DNA from: Acidimicrobiales bacterium | GTDB taxonomy: Bacteria; Actinomycetota; Acidimicrobiia; Acidimicrobiales; VFJN01 | Length of the DNA stretch: 64,000 bases | Assembly (NCBI GenBank): GCA_035641315.1 | Contig: DASQUK010000054.1 | Span: 348 to 64,347 of the forward strand | Direction of reading: 5' to 3' | Shown: piece after piece, positions 27,580 through 35,958 of the stretch | Layout of the letters: each line of letters begins with the position of its first letter | Position numbering within the stretch: the first letter of the stretch is position 1 | Position numbers and translations under genes: made by a program | Notes under the pieces: model-generated | The model's database searches: none | What the model saw: only the letters and a program-made list of their open reading frames with translations | What the model was told of the DNA's origin: nothing

Positions 27580-28035
27580 GTGCGCATCACGGCCAAGGTG
27601 GATTACGCCGTACGCGCGGCGGCCGAGCTGGCCGCCGCTCCCCCCGGGCCGGTCAAGGGCGACGTGATCGCCGCGCGGCAGGGCATCCCGGCAAAGTTCC
27701 TCGAGAACATCCTCGCCGACCTCCGCCGCTCGGGCCTGGTGTCGAGCCAACGGGGTGCCGAGGGCGGCTACTGGCTGGCGGCCGACGCCGACGCCGTCTC
27801 GGTGGCCGACATCATCCGGGCCGTCGAGGGACCGCTGGCCGACGTGCACGGCACGCCTCCCGAGCTGGTCGACTACCGGGGGCCGGCCGCCGGTTTGCAG
27901 CGCGTGTGGGTTGCGACCCGGGCGGCGCTGCGCACGGTGCTGGAGGAGGTGACCCTGGCCGACATCGCCGCCGGGCGCCTGCCGGAGCAGATCGACGAGC
28001 TGTTGCGCGAGCCCGACGCCTGGTTGCGCCGCTGA
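27580..28035 (+). CDS. Rrf2-family transcriptional regulator (no cysteines)
   Basis: GTG 27580, GGAGG upstream. ITAKVDYAVRAAAELA...IPAKFLENILADLRRSGLVSSQRGAEGGYWLA. Confidence 0.85.
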   Translation: MRITAKVDYAVRAAAELAAAPPGPVKGDVIAARQGIPAKFLENILADLRRSGLVSSQRGAEGGYWLAADADAVSVADIIRAVEGPLADVHGTPPELVDYRGPAAGLQRVWVATRAALRTVLEEVTLADIAAGRLPEQIDELLREPDAWLRR

Positions 28036-28086
28036 GAGCCGATGACATCGTGCGAGCCGACCCAACAGCGCTAGCGTTGACTCCCT

Positions 28087-29547
28087 ATGTCGCGCCGGAT
28101 CGACATCGAGCTCACCAGCCCCCGGGATGACGGTTCCTGGACGTGGCGCGCCGCCGGCGCCCGCGAGCCCCGGGGCACGGTGCCCGGCGCACTGGTCCCG
28201 AGCGGTTCCCAGGTCGGCAACGTGCTGCGGGCAGAGATCGACGGCTACCTCGACCAGATGAGCGTCGTGGCGGTCCTGCCGCCGAAGGCGCCGCGGCGTG
28301 AGCCCGAGCGCCTCGAGCTCCGCGGCGGCACCGATCGGCCCCTGGTCACCACGACGCTGGTGCGTGAACGTCCCGGCGAGCGCCGGCCCCGTGATCGCGG
28401 CGAGCGGCGTGAGCGGGACGGCCGGGGCGATCGTCGTGAAGATGCGGGCCGCCGGGAGCGTGCCGATCGTGACCGCGGTCGGTCCGACAGGGAGGGCCGC
28501 CGCCCGGGTGGTCCCGGCCGCGACCGTCCGGCCCGCGACCGCCAGGAGGCGCGCCACGAGCGACCGGCTCGGCCCAGTCCCCCGCCGGTGGAGTCGAGGC
28601 CCAAGCCCAAGCGGCTGCGCCCCGGCAAGGCTCACCGCACGGCGCTGCTGGAGGCCGTGCCCCCCGAGCAGCGGCCGATCGCCGAACAGCTGCTGCAGGG
28701 CGGCATCCCCGCGGTGCGCCAGGCCATCGACAAGCAGAACGAGTCGCTGCGGGCCGAGGGCAAGACCGAGGTCAAGCCGGAGCCGCTGCTGCGGATCGCC
28801 GAGGAGCTGCGGTACCGGGCTGCAGCGGCGGTGTGGCGCGACCGGGCCGAAGCGGCGATCGCCGCGGTGGACGAGCTCGACCTGCGCGACCTGCGCTCGG
28901 TGGTCAGCGCCGCCAGCGATGCCGGCCGTGACGAGGAGGCCCGGGCGCTGGCCAGCCAGCTGCGCGAGGCGCTGGCCAACCGCGTCGAGAAGGAGCATGC
29001 CGCCTGGCTGGCCGAGCTGGCGGACGCGCTCGAGGCCGGTCGCGTGGTCCGGGCGCTGCGCCTGAGCTCGCGGCCCCCCAAGGCCGGCGCGCCGATCCCC
29101 GGAGACCTGGGCAACCGGCTCGTCGAGGCCGCGTCCGAGGCGCTCGCCGCGGAAGCCAGCCAGGATCGCTGGGCCACCGTGCTGGACGCGCTGGCGTTCT
29201 CCCCCGTCCGGCGTCGGGTGCTCCCCCAGTCGCTCCCGACGAAGCTCTCGCCCGAGCTGCGGGCCACCGTGGCCCGGGTGGGCAGCCGGCTGCCCGAGAT
29301 CGCCCACATCTTCGCCATCGAGCCCGATGAGTCGGCAGGGCGGACCCCGAGCCCACGTGGTCAGGCCCGCAGGGGCGCCCCCCGTGGCAAGAAGGCCCGC
29401 GCCGCCCCGCCGGCGAGGGAGGCGGGCAGTGACGCCAGCGAGGCGGGCGATACCAGCGGCAACGGAGCGGCTACCAACGGCAGCGCGGACACCGGTGCCG
29501 ACACCGAGGCCGATCCGGCAGACACGACCACGAGCCCCAGAACCTAG
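28087..29547 (+). CDS. hypothetical protein with R/D/E-rich low-complexity region
   Basis: 486 aa. Residues about 95-165 are RERPGERRPRDRGERRERDGRGDRREDAGRRERADRDRGRSDREGRR.... Helical A/E/L/R-rich C-half. GC3-rich. Confidence 0.7.
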   Translation: MSRRIDIELTSPRDDGSWTWRAAGAREPRGTVPGALVPSGSQVGNVLRAEIDGYLDQMSVVAVLPPKAPRREPERLELRGGTDRPLVTTTLVRERPGERRPRDRGERRERDGRGDRREDAGRRERADRDRGRSDREGRRPGGPGRDRPARDRQEARHERPARPSPPPVESRPKPKRLRPGKAHRTALLEAVPPEQRPIAEQLLQGGIPAVRQAIDKQNESLRAEGKTEVKPEPLLRIAEELRYRAAAAVWRDRAEAAIAAVDELDLRDLRSVVSAASDAGRDEEARALASQLREALANRVEKEHAAWLAELADALEAGRVVRALRLSSRPPKAGAPIPGDLGNRLVEAASEALAAEASQDRWATVLDALAFSPVRRRVLPQSLPTKLSPELRATVARVGSRLPEIAHIFAIEPDESAGRTPSPRGQARRGAPRGKKARAAPPAREAGSDASEAGDTSGNGAATNGSADTGADTEADPADTTTSPRT

Positions 29548-29556
29548 CTTCCGGGT

Positions 29557-29598
29557 GCCGAACTGGTTGCTCGGCAACCACTTCGGCGCCAGATTCGG
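29557..29598. repeat. R5 hairpin repeat copy; candidate bidirectional terminator between convergent genes
   Basis: GCCGAAcTGGTTGC-tcg-GCAACCAcTTCGGC, then gccagattcgg. Confidence 0.75.
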
Positions 29599-29604
29599 CT
29601 GCGG

Positions 29605-29844
29605 TCAGTGTTGGCGGGGGACGATCACCGATTCGAGGCCGCCCCGACCCCGGTAACGGCCCGTCTCGGCGTCCTCGTCCCAGCGGGCGCCGCACCCATC
29701 ACAGGTGCAGGCGTCGATGTGCAACGAGCCGATGTAGAGCCGTTCGACCTGGTAGGCGTGGCAGAAGGGGCACTGCAAGTGTCCGCTGTCGTGGTCCATC
29801 CGCTTCTCGCCTGTCCCGTTGTCGGACCTGGTCTGCTGACTCAT
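29605..29844 (-). CDS. small zinc-ribbon protein (hypothetical)
   Basis: 79 aa from ATG 29844. CPFCHAYQ...CTCDGCGARW. Confidence 0.5.
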   Translation of the reverse strand: MSQQTRSDNGTGEKRMDHDSGHLQCPFCHAYQVERLYIGSLHIDACTCDGCGARWDEDAETGRYRGRGGLESVIVPRQH

Positions 29845-29987
29845 CACTGACTCATGACTACCCGCATCTCTCGGTTCGACCACCTCACCATAGCGAAGGT
29901 TTCGCGGGATTTCGGGGACCGGTCGCCACGCACCGTGACATGGGCATGCCTTCCTTGCAGTGGGAGTGCGATGACTAGGGTGCACAC

Positions 29988-30752
29988 ATGCCTGTCGAGC
30001 TCGAGCACCGAGGCCCCTACGCCGTCATCAAGATCAACCGGCCGGAGGCCCGCAACGCCATCAACGGGGAGGTGGCGCAGGGCATCGAGGACGCCATCGA
30101 CGAGGTCGAGGCCGACGACGGCACCTGGGTCGGGATCCTCACCGGCGAGCCGCCGGTGTTCTCGGCCGGCGCCGACCTCAAGGAGATCAACGCCGGAAAC
30201 GCCGCCAAGCTGCAGACCCAGCGCGGCGGCTTCGCCGGCATCGTGCAGCGTGAACGCACCAAACCGATCATCGCCGCGGTCGACGGTCCGGCCCTGGCGG
30301 GGGGTACCGAGATCGTGCTGGCGTGCGACCTGGTGGTGGCGTCCACGTCGGCCACGTTCGGCATCCCCGAGGTCAAGCGCTCTCTGGTCGCCGGTGCCGG
30401 CGGCCTGTTCCGGCTGGGACGCAAGCTGCCCCTCAACATCGCCATGGAGCTGGCCGTCACCGGCGATCCCATCACCGCCGAGGTCGCCCATCACCACGGC
30501 CTCGTCAACCGGCTGGTCGAACCGGGTCAGGCGCTCGACACCGCCGTCGCCCTGGCCGAGCAGATCTGCGCCAACGCCCCCGTCGCCGTCCGCGAGAGCC
30601 GCAAGGTCGTCATCGAGGCCACCCACGCGCCCGACGAGGTCGGCTGGAAGATGTCGATGGAGGCCATGGCCGCCGCCATGCGCAGCGACGACTTCCGCGA
30701 GGGCCTCGAGGCCTTCATCGAGAAGCGGCCGCCCCAGTGGAAGGGCCGCTGA
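29988..30752 (+). CDS. enoyl-CoA hydratase/isomerase (crotonase family)
   Basis: VFSAGADLKE, ALAGGTEIVLACDL, FGIPEVKRSL. Confidence 0.92.
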   Translation: MPVELEHRGPYAVIKINRPEARNAINGEVAQGIEDAIDEVEADDGTWVGILTGEPPVFSAGADLKEINAGNAAKLQTQRGGFAGIVQRERTKPIIAAVDGPALAGGTEIVLACDLVVASTSATFGIPEVKRSLVAGAGGLFRLGRKLPLNIAMELAVTGDPITAEVAHHHGLVNRLVEPGQALDTAVALAEQICANAPVAVRESRKVVIEATHAPDEVGWKMSMEAMAAAMRSDDFREGLEAFIEKRPPQWKGR

Positions 30753-31167
30753 CCGCCGGCAGCACGCCGTGGGCGGCGAGGAACTCGGCGAGGCCGTCGA
30801 CCAGCGGCCATGTCGCTACCTCGCCAAGGGGGACCCAGGCCAGGGCGGCGGCGTCGTCGCCGGCGACCGCACGCTCCGGCGGGTCGAGCAGCCCGACCCG
30901 GAAGTCGAGGACGACGTAGTGGAACCCGTCGCCGACCCTCTCGACCCAGCCCACGAAGTCGCCGCAGGTCGCCCGCAGGCCGGTCTCCTCTTGTAGCTCG
31001 CGCACGACGGCGGCGCGCACGGTCTCGCCGGGCTCGACGCGCCCACCGGGCACGGCCCAGCGACCCGCCCCGGCCAGCCCTGGTCCTCGCTGCACCAGGA
31101 GCAGCCGGCCGCCCTGGACCGCCACCGCTCCGGCGCACACCTCGGGGCGGGGCGGCGCGGCGGTCAC
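30715..31167 (-). CDS. NUDIX hydrolase
   Basis: Nudix box GGRVEPGETVRAAVVRELQEETGL. GTG 31167 overlaps the GNAT stop (GTGA). 3' end overlaps the crotonase 3' end by 38 nt. Confidence 0.8.
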   Translation of the reverse strand: MTAAPPRPEVCAGAVAVQGGRLLLVQRGPGLAGAGRWAVPGGRVEPGETVRAAVVRELQEETGLRATCGDFVGWVERVGDGFHYVVLDFRVGLLDPPERAVAGDDAAALAWVPLGEVATWPLVDGLAEFLAAHGVLPAVSGPSTGAAASR

Positions 31168-31670
31168 GTCAGCGGTCGGTGCACCACGATCGCCCGGGCC
31201 ACCAGGCCGAAGGACTCGAAGAAGTTCTTGGTCTCCCGATCGCCGGGCAACGCCAGGCTGTCGACGCCGAAGCAGCCCCGGGCGGTGCACCAGTCGAGCA
31301 GGTGGTTCATGAGCGCCTCGCCGACGCCGACCGCCCGGGCGCCGGGGTCGACGTAGATGTCGTCGATCACGCCCAGCCGGCCGCCGTCGAGCAGCGTCTC
31401 CACCCGCGCCGCGCCATAGCCCACGATCGCACCGTCGAGGGTCCCCACCGCCACCTCGTGGTCGTTCGACTGGAGGGCCAGGCGCAGGGCCGCTTCACGG
31501 GGGGCAGGTCGGCCCTCCCGGCGAGCCCAGATGGCGCCGCCCTTCTGCCGGACCTTCTCCTCGGCGGCGGCGCCGGCCAACTCCACCAAGTGGGGGATGT
31601 CCGCCTCGACGGCGGTGCGGGCCGCTTCCTCCGGTGCCGTGCCCAGCGGGGCCTCGGGCTCCGCGGTCAC
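31164..31670 (-). CDS. GNAT-family N-acetyltransferase
   Basis: IYVDPGARAVGVGEALMNHLLDW (acetyl-CoA motif A). Confidence 0.85.
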   Translation of the reverse strand: MTAEPEAPLGTAPEEAARTAVEADIPHLVELAGAAAEEKVRQKGGAIWARREGRPAPREAALRLALQSNDHEVAVGTLDGAIVGYGAARVETLLDGGRLGVIDDIYVDPGARAVGVGEALMNHLLDWCTARGCFGVDSLALPGDRETKNFFESFGLVARAIVVHRPLT

Positions 31671-31703
31671 GAGCTGCGCTCGTGACCGGACGGCCGTGCG
31701 ACC

Positions 31704-31760
31704 GCCAGGGAGCCGGACGTCGATGGGGTGCGGGGGCGCAGCCCCCGAGGAGGAACGGTC
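31704..31760. repeat. R4 57-nt repeat copy with GGGGGCGCAGCCCCC hairpin
   Basis: gccagggagccggacgtcgatggggtgcgggggcgcagcccccgaggaggaacggtc. About 50 of 57 positions identical to 61750-61806 by hand alignment. Confidence 0.8.
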
Positions 31761-32292
31761 ACGACTGGAGTTGGGCGATCTTGTTGAGGATCGTCTTCCG
31801 CCCGCGGTGCACCACCTCGTAGGAACGGACCGCCTCGAGCTCGTCGCGCGTCAGTCCCGGCAACCGGGTCACCACGTGCGAGGCCGAGAGGCTGTCGTAG
31901 TCGGTTATGGCCAAGTCGTCGACGGCGGGTCCCGGCTCGGTGGCCCGGGGCGCTGCCTGCCGGGCCTGTTGGGCGCCGGGCGAGGTTGCCGCGGGGGGTG
32001 CCGGCGCAGGTGCCTCGGCGCCGTTGGTCGCGCCGCGGTCGTCGGGTAGCAGTCCCAGCGCTCGCAGCAGCCCGCTGGTCTGCTCCTCGAACCCGGCCAG
32101 CCGGCGGCGGACCTCGGCCTCGCCCTGCCGGACCGCGAACTGGCCGAACAGGCGGGCGTTGCGGGTGTGGACCCGGCCCTGCTCGGCGAGCTTGGGCAGC
32201 AGCTTCGGTGCCTCGAAGAACCATCCGATGGGCGCGTACACGAACAGGTCGGCGATCTGATCCACCGGGGTCTTGTCGTTGCGCTCAGTCAC
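31759..32292 (-). CDS. conserved hypothetical protein (C-terminal Rho-N/SAP-like helix motif; possibly 'lipid droplet-associated protein' family)
   Basis: 177 aa. C-terminal DYDSLSASHVVTRLPGLTRDELEAVRSYEVVHRGRKTILNKI. Confidence 0.6.
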   Translation of the reverse strand: MTERNDKTPVDQIADLFVYAPIGWFFEAPKLLPKLAEQGRVHTRNARLFGQFAVRQGEAEVRRRLAGFEEQTSGLLRALGLLPDDRGATNGAEAPAPAPPAATSPGAQQARQAAPRATEPGPAVDDLAITDYDSLSASHVVTRLPGLTRDELEAVRSYEVVHRGRKTILNKIAQLQS

Positions 32293-32397
32293 GCCACGAT
32301 CCTCTCAGGCCTCGAGCCAACCAGCCAGCCTGTGCGAAGACGCTGGGGCAGAGGACCGGTGGGGGTGTGGGGGCAGAGGCTCCCGCCACGGCGGCGG

Positions 32398-32435
32398 CCC
32401 AAATCTCGCCGAGCAACCTCTGGTTGCGAGGCGAA
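32398..32435. repeat. R5-related hairpin just downstream of the DUF4193 gene
   Basis: tCGCCgaGCAACC-tct-GGTTGCgaGGCGa. The reverse complement shares ggttgctcggc and agatt.gg with 29557-29598. Confidence 0.6.
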
Positions 32436-32437
32436 AA

Positions 32438-32929
32438 CTACACACAGTCGGTGCAGAGCATCTGGTCGGGGTCGGCGAGCTGGCTGGGGTGCTTGACCAG
32501 GAAGCAGGACTGGCACACGAACTCGCCGGGGCGCTTGGGCTGGATGCGCCCGGTGCCGTCGCCCCGCTCGTCGGTCTCGGGCTGCTCCTCCTCGTCCTCC
32601 TCGTCGCCCTCGTCGGGCTGGGCGGCGATCCGGTCCTTGAGGATGGTGTCGAGATCGGCCTCGACATCGTCGGGGTCGAGATCCTCGTCCTCCTCTTCCT
32701 CGTCCTCGTCCTCGGAGCGGCGCCCCTTGGTGGCGGTCGCCTTGGGCTTGGGCGCGGGCTCGACCACGACGTCCTCCTCCTCCTCGTCGTCGAGCTCCTC
32801 GAACTCGTCGTCCTCCTCCACCTCGTCGTCGACGACGAGGGCCTCCTCGAGGTCCTCGGGCTCGGCTACGAACTCTTCCTCGAGGTCTTCGACGTCCAGT
32901 TCTTCGTCGGGGGTTTCTTCGTCAGCCAT
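32438..32929 (-). CDS. DUF4193-family protein (highly acidic, C-terminal zinc ribbon)
   Basis: 163 aa. Long D/E tracts, then RIQPKRPGEFVCQSCFLVKHPSQLADPDQMLCTDC. Confidence 0.85.
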   Translation of the reverse strand: MADEETPDEELDVEDLEEEFVAEPEDLEEALVVDDEVEEDDEFEELDDEEEEDVVVEPAPKPKATATKGRRSEDEDEEEEDEDLDPDDVEADLDTILKDRIAAQPDEGDEEDEEEQPETDERGDGTGRIQPKRPGEFVCQSCFLVKHPSQLADPDQMLCTDCV

Positions 32930-33086
32930 CGGGTCCCTTCACTGCCGGCCCTGCGCGGCCGGATCATAGGCACGCCGCTCAACACACCGAGAGTCGGGGA
33001 TATGCCCTACCAAGGGCGGGTCAGGGTATCGACCGCCCCAGGCCCCCGTTGGGTGACTCAGGTCACACCAACACGGGGATCGCGGG

Positions 33087-34694
33087 TCAGCGAGACGCCC
33101 GTCGCTGCTCGGCGCGGCGCTCGGAGGCCAGGCGCTCGAGGTTGGGCTCGGGTGAGTGGTCGGCGAACCGCATCGCCTCTGCCACGGCCGGGTGGCCGGC
33201 CTGCTCGGCGATCAGCCGGTGCATCTGCTGGGCGACGACCCGATAGGCCGGGTGACCCTGCGGCGTGGTGCGAAGCTCGATCAGGTGCATCGCCTCGCGG
33301 GCGTTCATCTCCATGACGAAGCGCATCCGGTAGGCCAGCGAGACCGCGTAGGGGGCCTGGACTGGGAACCGGTCGGCCAGCGCGTCGTGTAGCGCCGCCG
33401 AGCGCTCCATCGCCTCGTCGAACTGCGGCGCCAAGCCCGCGATGTCCACGGCCTCGGGCCGCGTGTAGCCGTGGCGGGGCGACAGCGGCTGCCACTCGAT
33501 CGTGAGCAGGCGGTGGCGCTGGAGGTCACGGAAGGCGCCGTAATCGGCCAGGATGTCGAAGCGGTAGCTGGGACGCTCGAAGGCCCGGCCCGGCCGGTGG
33601 CGCCGGTTGCTGCGCTCCCCCACGTAGGCCCGCACCACCGCCAGCCGCTCCTCGGCGGGCATGGCCCGCACCTTGGCCTCGATGTCCGCTTCGGACAGGT
33701 GGGTGTAGGGGTAGACCATCGAGGCGACGAGCTTGACCTCGGCGTCCGGATCGAAGTCGACCAGACGCACGCTCGGGCCGCCGTCGTGGCCCGGTCCCTC
33801 GGGGAACAGCCGCGCCGCCAGCTCCTCCATGGCGTTGCGGGTCGAGGCCAGGTAGGTGCTGGCCGCCACACCCCGGTCGGTGACGTCGACGCGCTTGAGG
33901 AAGCTGGGGATGACCTTGCGCAGCTCGGTGAGCATGACGTCGGCGTAGCTGCGCGCCTCGGGCAGCGGATGCGCCCGCATGCGGAGCAGCAGCGCCTCGT
34001 AGGCCTGGCCGGTGCCGTAGATGCCGACATTGGACAGCGACGCCGCCGGCAGCACCCCCCGCACCGAGTCGAACGCCTTGGCCTTGAGGGCCTGGCGGTA
34101 GATGAAGTCGCTGTCGGCGGGGTCCTTGGCGAAGCGGTCGCGGAAGAAGTCGATCATGGTCGACGCCAGCTCGCCGTAGGTGTCGAACAGGCGGTCGAGG
34201 TCGCCGACGTAGCGCAGGCCCAGGTGGCTGCCGAGCACGGCCGGGTCGCGGTAGTAGCGGTAGCGGCCGCCGATGCGGGCGTCGTAGGCGATGTAGCGGG
34301 TGGACTGCTCGAGGTAGGACATCAGCCTGCCCCGCTCGAGCACCTTGGTCAGCAGGTTGGAGGCCTGTTCGCAGGCCAGGTGGACTCCGCCGAGCTGGGC
34401 GACCGAGTCGTCGCCGTACTCGAAGAACACCCGGTCGTACAGCTCCTCGGCCCGCTGCAGGCCCACGGTGGCATCGACAGTGGCGTCGCCGGCGATGTCG
34501 AGGTCGCCGACGAACTCGTCGAGGAACAGCCGCCGCAGGCTCTTGGGCGAGCGGGAGTAGCGGGCGAACAGCGCGCCCTTCACGACCTCGGGCAGGTTGA
34601 CCAGGGCGAACACCGGGCCGTCGAGGTTGGTGAAGTAGCGCCTCAGGACGTCGGCCTCGGCGGGCGTGAAGTCCTCGCTGACGTAGACCGTCAT
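33087..34694 (-). CDS. long ThyX-like (Thy1 family, FAD-dependent thymidylate synthase-like) protein
   Basis: 535 aa. ARYSRSPKS and SYLEQSTRY in the N-half. DLQRHRLLT (RHRxxT instead of RHRxxS) in the C-half. Confidence 0.7.
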   Translation of the reverse strand: MTVYVSEDFTPAEADVLRRYFTNLDGPVFALVNLPEVVKGALFARYSRSPKSLRRLFLDEFVGDLDIAGDATVDATVGLQRAEELYDRVFFEYGDDSVAQLGGVHLACEQASNLLTKVLERGRLMSYLEQSTRYIAYDARIGGRYRYYRDPAVLGSHLGLRYVGDLDRLFDTYGELASTMIDFFRDRFAKDPADSDFIYRQALKAKAFDSVRGVLPAASLSNVGIYGTGQAYEALLLRMRAHPLPEARSYADVMLTELRKVIPSFLKRVDVTDRGVAASTYLASTRNAMEELAARLFPEGPGHDGGPSVRLVDFDPDAEVKLVASMVYPYTHLSEADIEAKVRAMPAEERLAVVRAYVGERSNRRHRPGRAFERPSYRFDILADYGAFRDLQRHRLLTIEWQPLSPRHGYTRPEAVDIAGLAPQFDEAMERSAALHDALADRFPVQAPYAVSLAYRMRFVMEMNAREAMHLIELRTTPQGHPAYRVVAQQMHRLIAEQAGHPAVAEAMRFADHSPEPNLERLASERRAEQRRASR

Positions 34695-34743
34695 AGGGGG
34701 CCAGATGGTACGTGCGGCTCTCCGGCTGATCGGGGATGCCGCA

Positions 34744-35952
34744 TCAGCTGCGGCGGACGTTCACCGACGCCTCCCACTCGGCCCGCGCGAGGTCGACGAG
34801 GCCCTCGTCGAGCCACAGGTCGGCGACCGTGAACGCCAGCGCCTTGGCCCCGTCGACGACGGCCTGGTCGCCCTCCGGTCCCCCGGCGAACCCGGCGAAC
34901 GCCGGCGTGTGGATCGGCACGCCCGGCGGCGCCACCTGGATCATCGGATGGATCGCCGGCACCTCGTAGCTGACGTTGCCCATGTCGGTGCTGCCCACCA
35001 CCCGCCGGGTGGTCGAGGGCGACCGGACCATGCGGCCAAGGGCCTCGGCGTTGGCCCGGTAGCGCTCGACGATCGCCTGGTTGTCGACCATGTCGGCGTA
35101 GACGACGTCGCGCCAGCCGATGTCGATCTCGCAGCCGGCCGCCTCGGCACCCGCCTCCAGGCAGGCAACGAAGCGCTGCTTCAGCCGGTCCAACCCCGCC
35201 AGGGTGGGCGAGCGGACCATCCACTCGCTCTGCGCCCGGGCCGGGACGATGTTGGGCTTGTCGCCGCCGTGGCTGATGATGCCGTGGATCCGCTCGCCGG
35301 GCGCTATGTGCTGTCGCAGCGCCGCCACGTTGACGTAGCCGAGCACGGCGGCGTCGAGCGCGTTGCGGCCCCGGTGGGGGAAGGCGGCGGCGTGGGCGGC
35401 CTCGCCCGTGTAGGTGACCACGACCTCGTGCACGGCGATCACGTCCATCGCCGCCAGGTCCGCGTCGGCCGGGTGGACCATGAGCGCGGCGTCGACGCCC
35501 TTGAACGCGCCGGCGTCGATGAGGTGCAGCTTTCCACCGCCACCCTCCTCGGCAGGCGAGCCCACCACGGCCACACGGCCCCCGAGCTCCTCGGCCAGCG
35601 CCGCCGCCGCCAGCCCGGCCCCCAGCCCGGCGGCGGCGATGACGTTGTGGCCGCAGGCGTGGCCGATGCCCGGCAGCGCGTCGTACTCGCACAGGACCGC
35701 GACCGTCGGCCCGGTGGATCCCGCGTGGGCCTCGAACGCGGTGTCCATCCCCCGGGCCGAGCGGGTCACGCCCAGCCCCTCCTCCTCGAGCACCCGGGTC
35801 AGCAGGTCGTGCGCGAACCTCTCCTCGTAGCCCAGCTCGGGCTGGGCGTGGATCTGGTGGGACACGTCCACCAGCAGCCCCCGCCGCCGGTCGACCTCGG
35901 CGGCCAGGCGCGCCTTGACGTCGGAGAGATCGGAGCGGGGGCCGTCCATCAC
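34744..35952 (-). CDS. M20-family amidohydrolase/peptidase
   Basis: HACGHNVIAAAGLG, SPAEEGGGGK, MVHPAD. Confidence 0.9.
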   Translation of the reverse strand: MMDGPRSDLSDVKARLAAEVDRRRGLLVDVSHQIHAQPELGYEERFAHDLLTRVLEEEGLGVTRSARGMDTAFEAHAGSTGPTVAVLCEYDALPGIGHACGHNVIAAAGLGAGLAAAALAEELGGRVAVVGSPAEEGGGGKLHLIDAGAFKGVDAALMVHPADADLAAMDVIAVHEVVVTYTGEAAHAAAFPHRGRNALDAAVLGYVNVAALRQHIAPGERIHGIISHGGDKPNIVPARAQSEWMVRSPTLAGLDRLKQRFVACLEAGAEAAGCEIDIGWRDVVYADMVDNQAIVERYRANAEALGRMVRSPSTTRRVVGSTDMGNVSYEVPAIHPMIQVAPPGVPIHTPAFAGFAGGPEGDQAVVDGAKALAFTVADLWLDEGLVDLARAEWEASVNVRRS

Positions 35953-35958
35953 GCCACG

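Noticed and set aside
26698-29577. 959-aa minus-strand ORF
   Set aside because: It is antisense to the Rrf2 and 28087-29547 genes and out of frame with helD. It is an R/P/G-rich low-complexity translation, a GC-rich shadow ORF.
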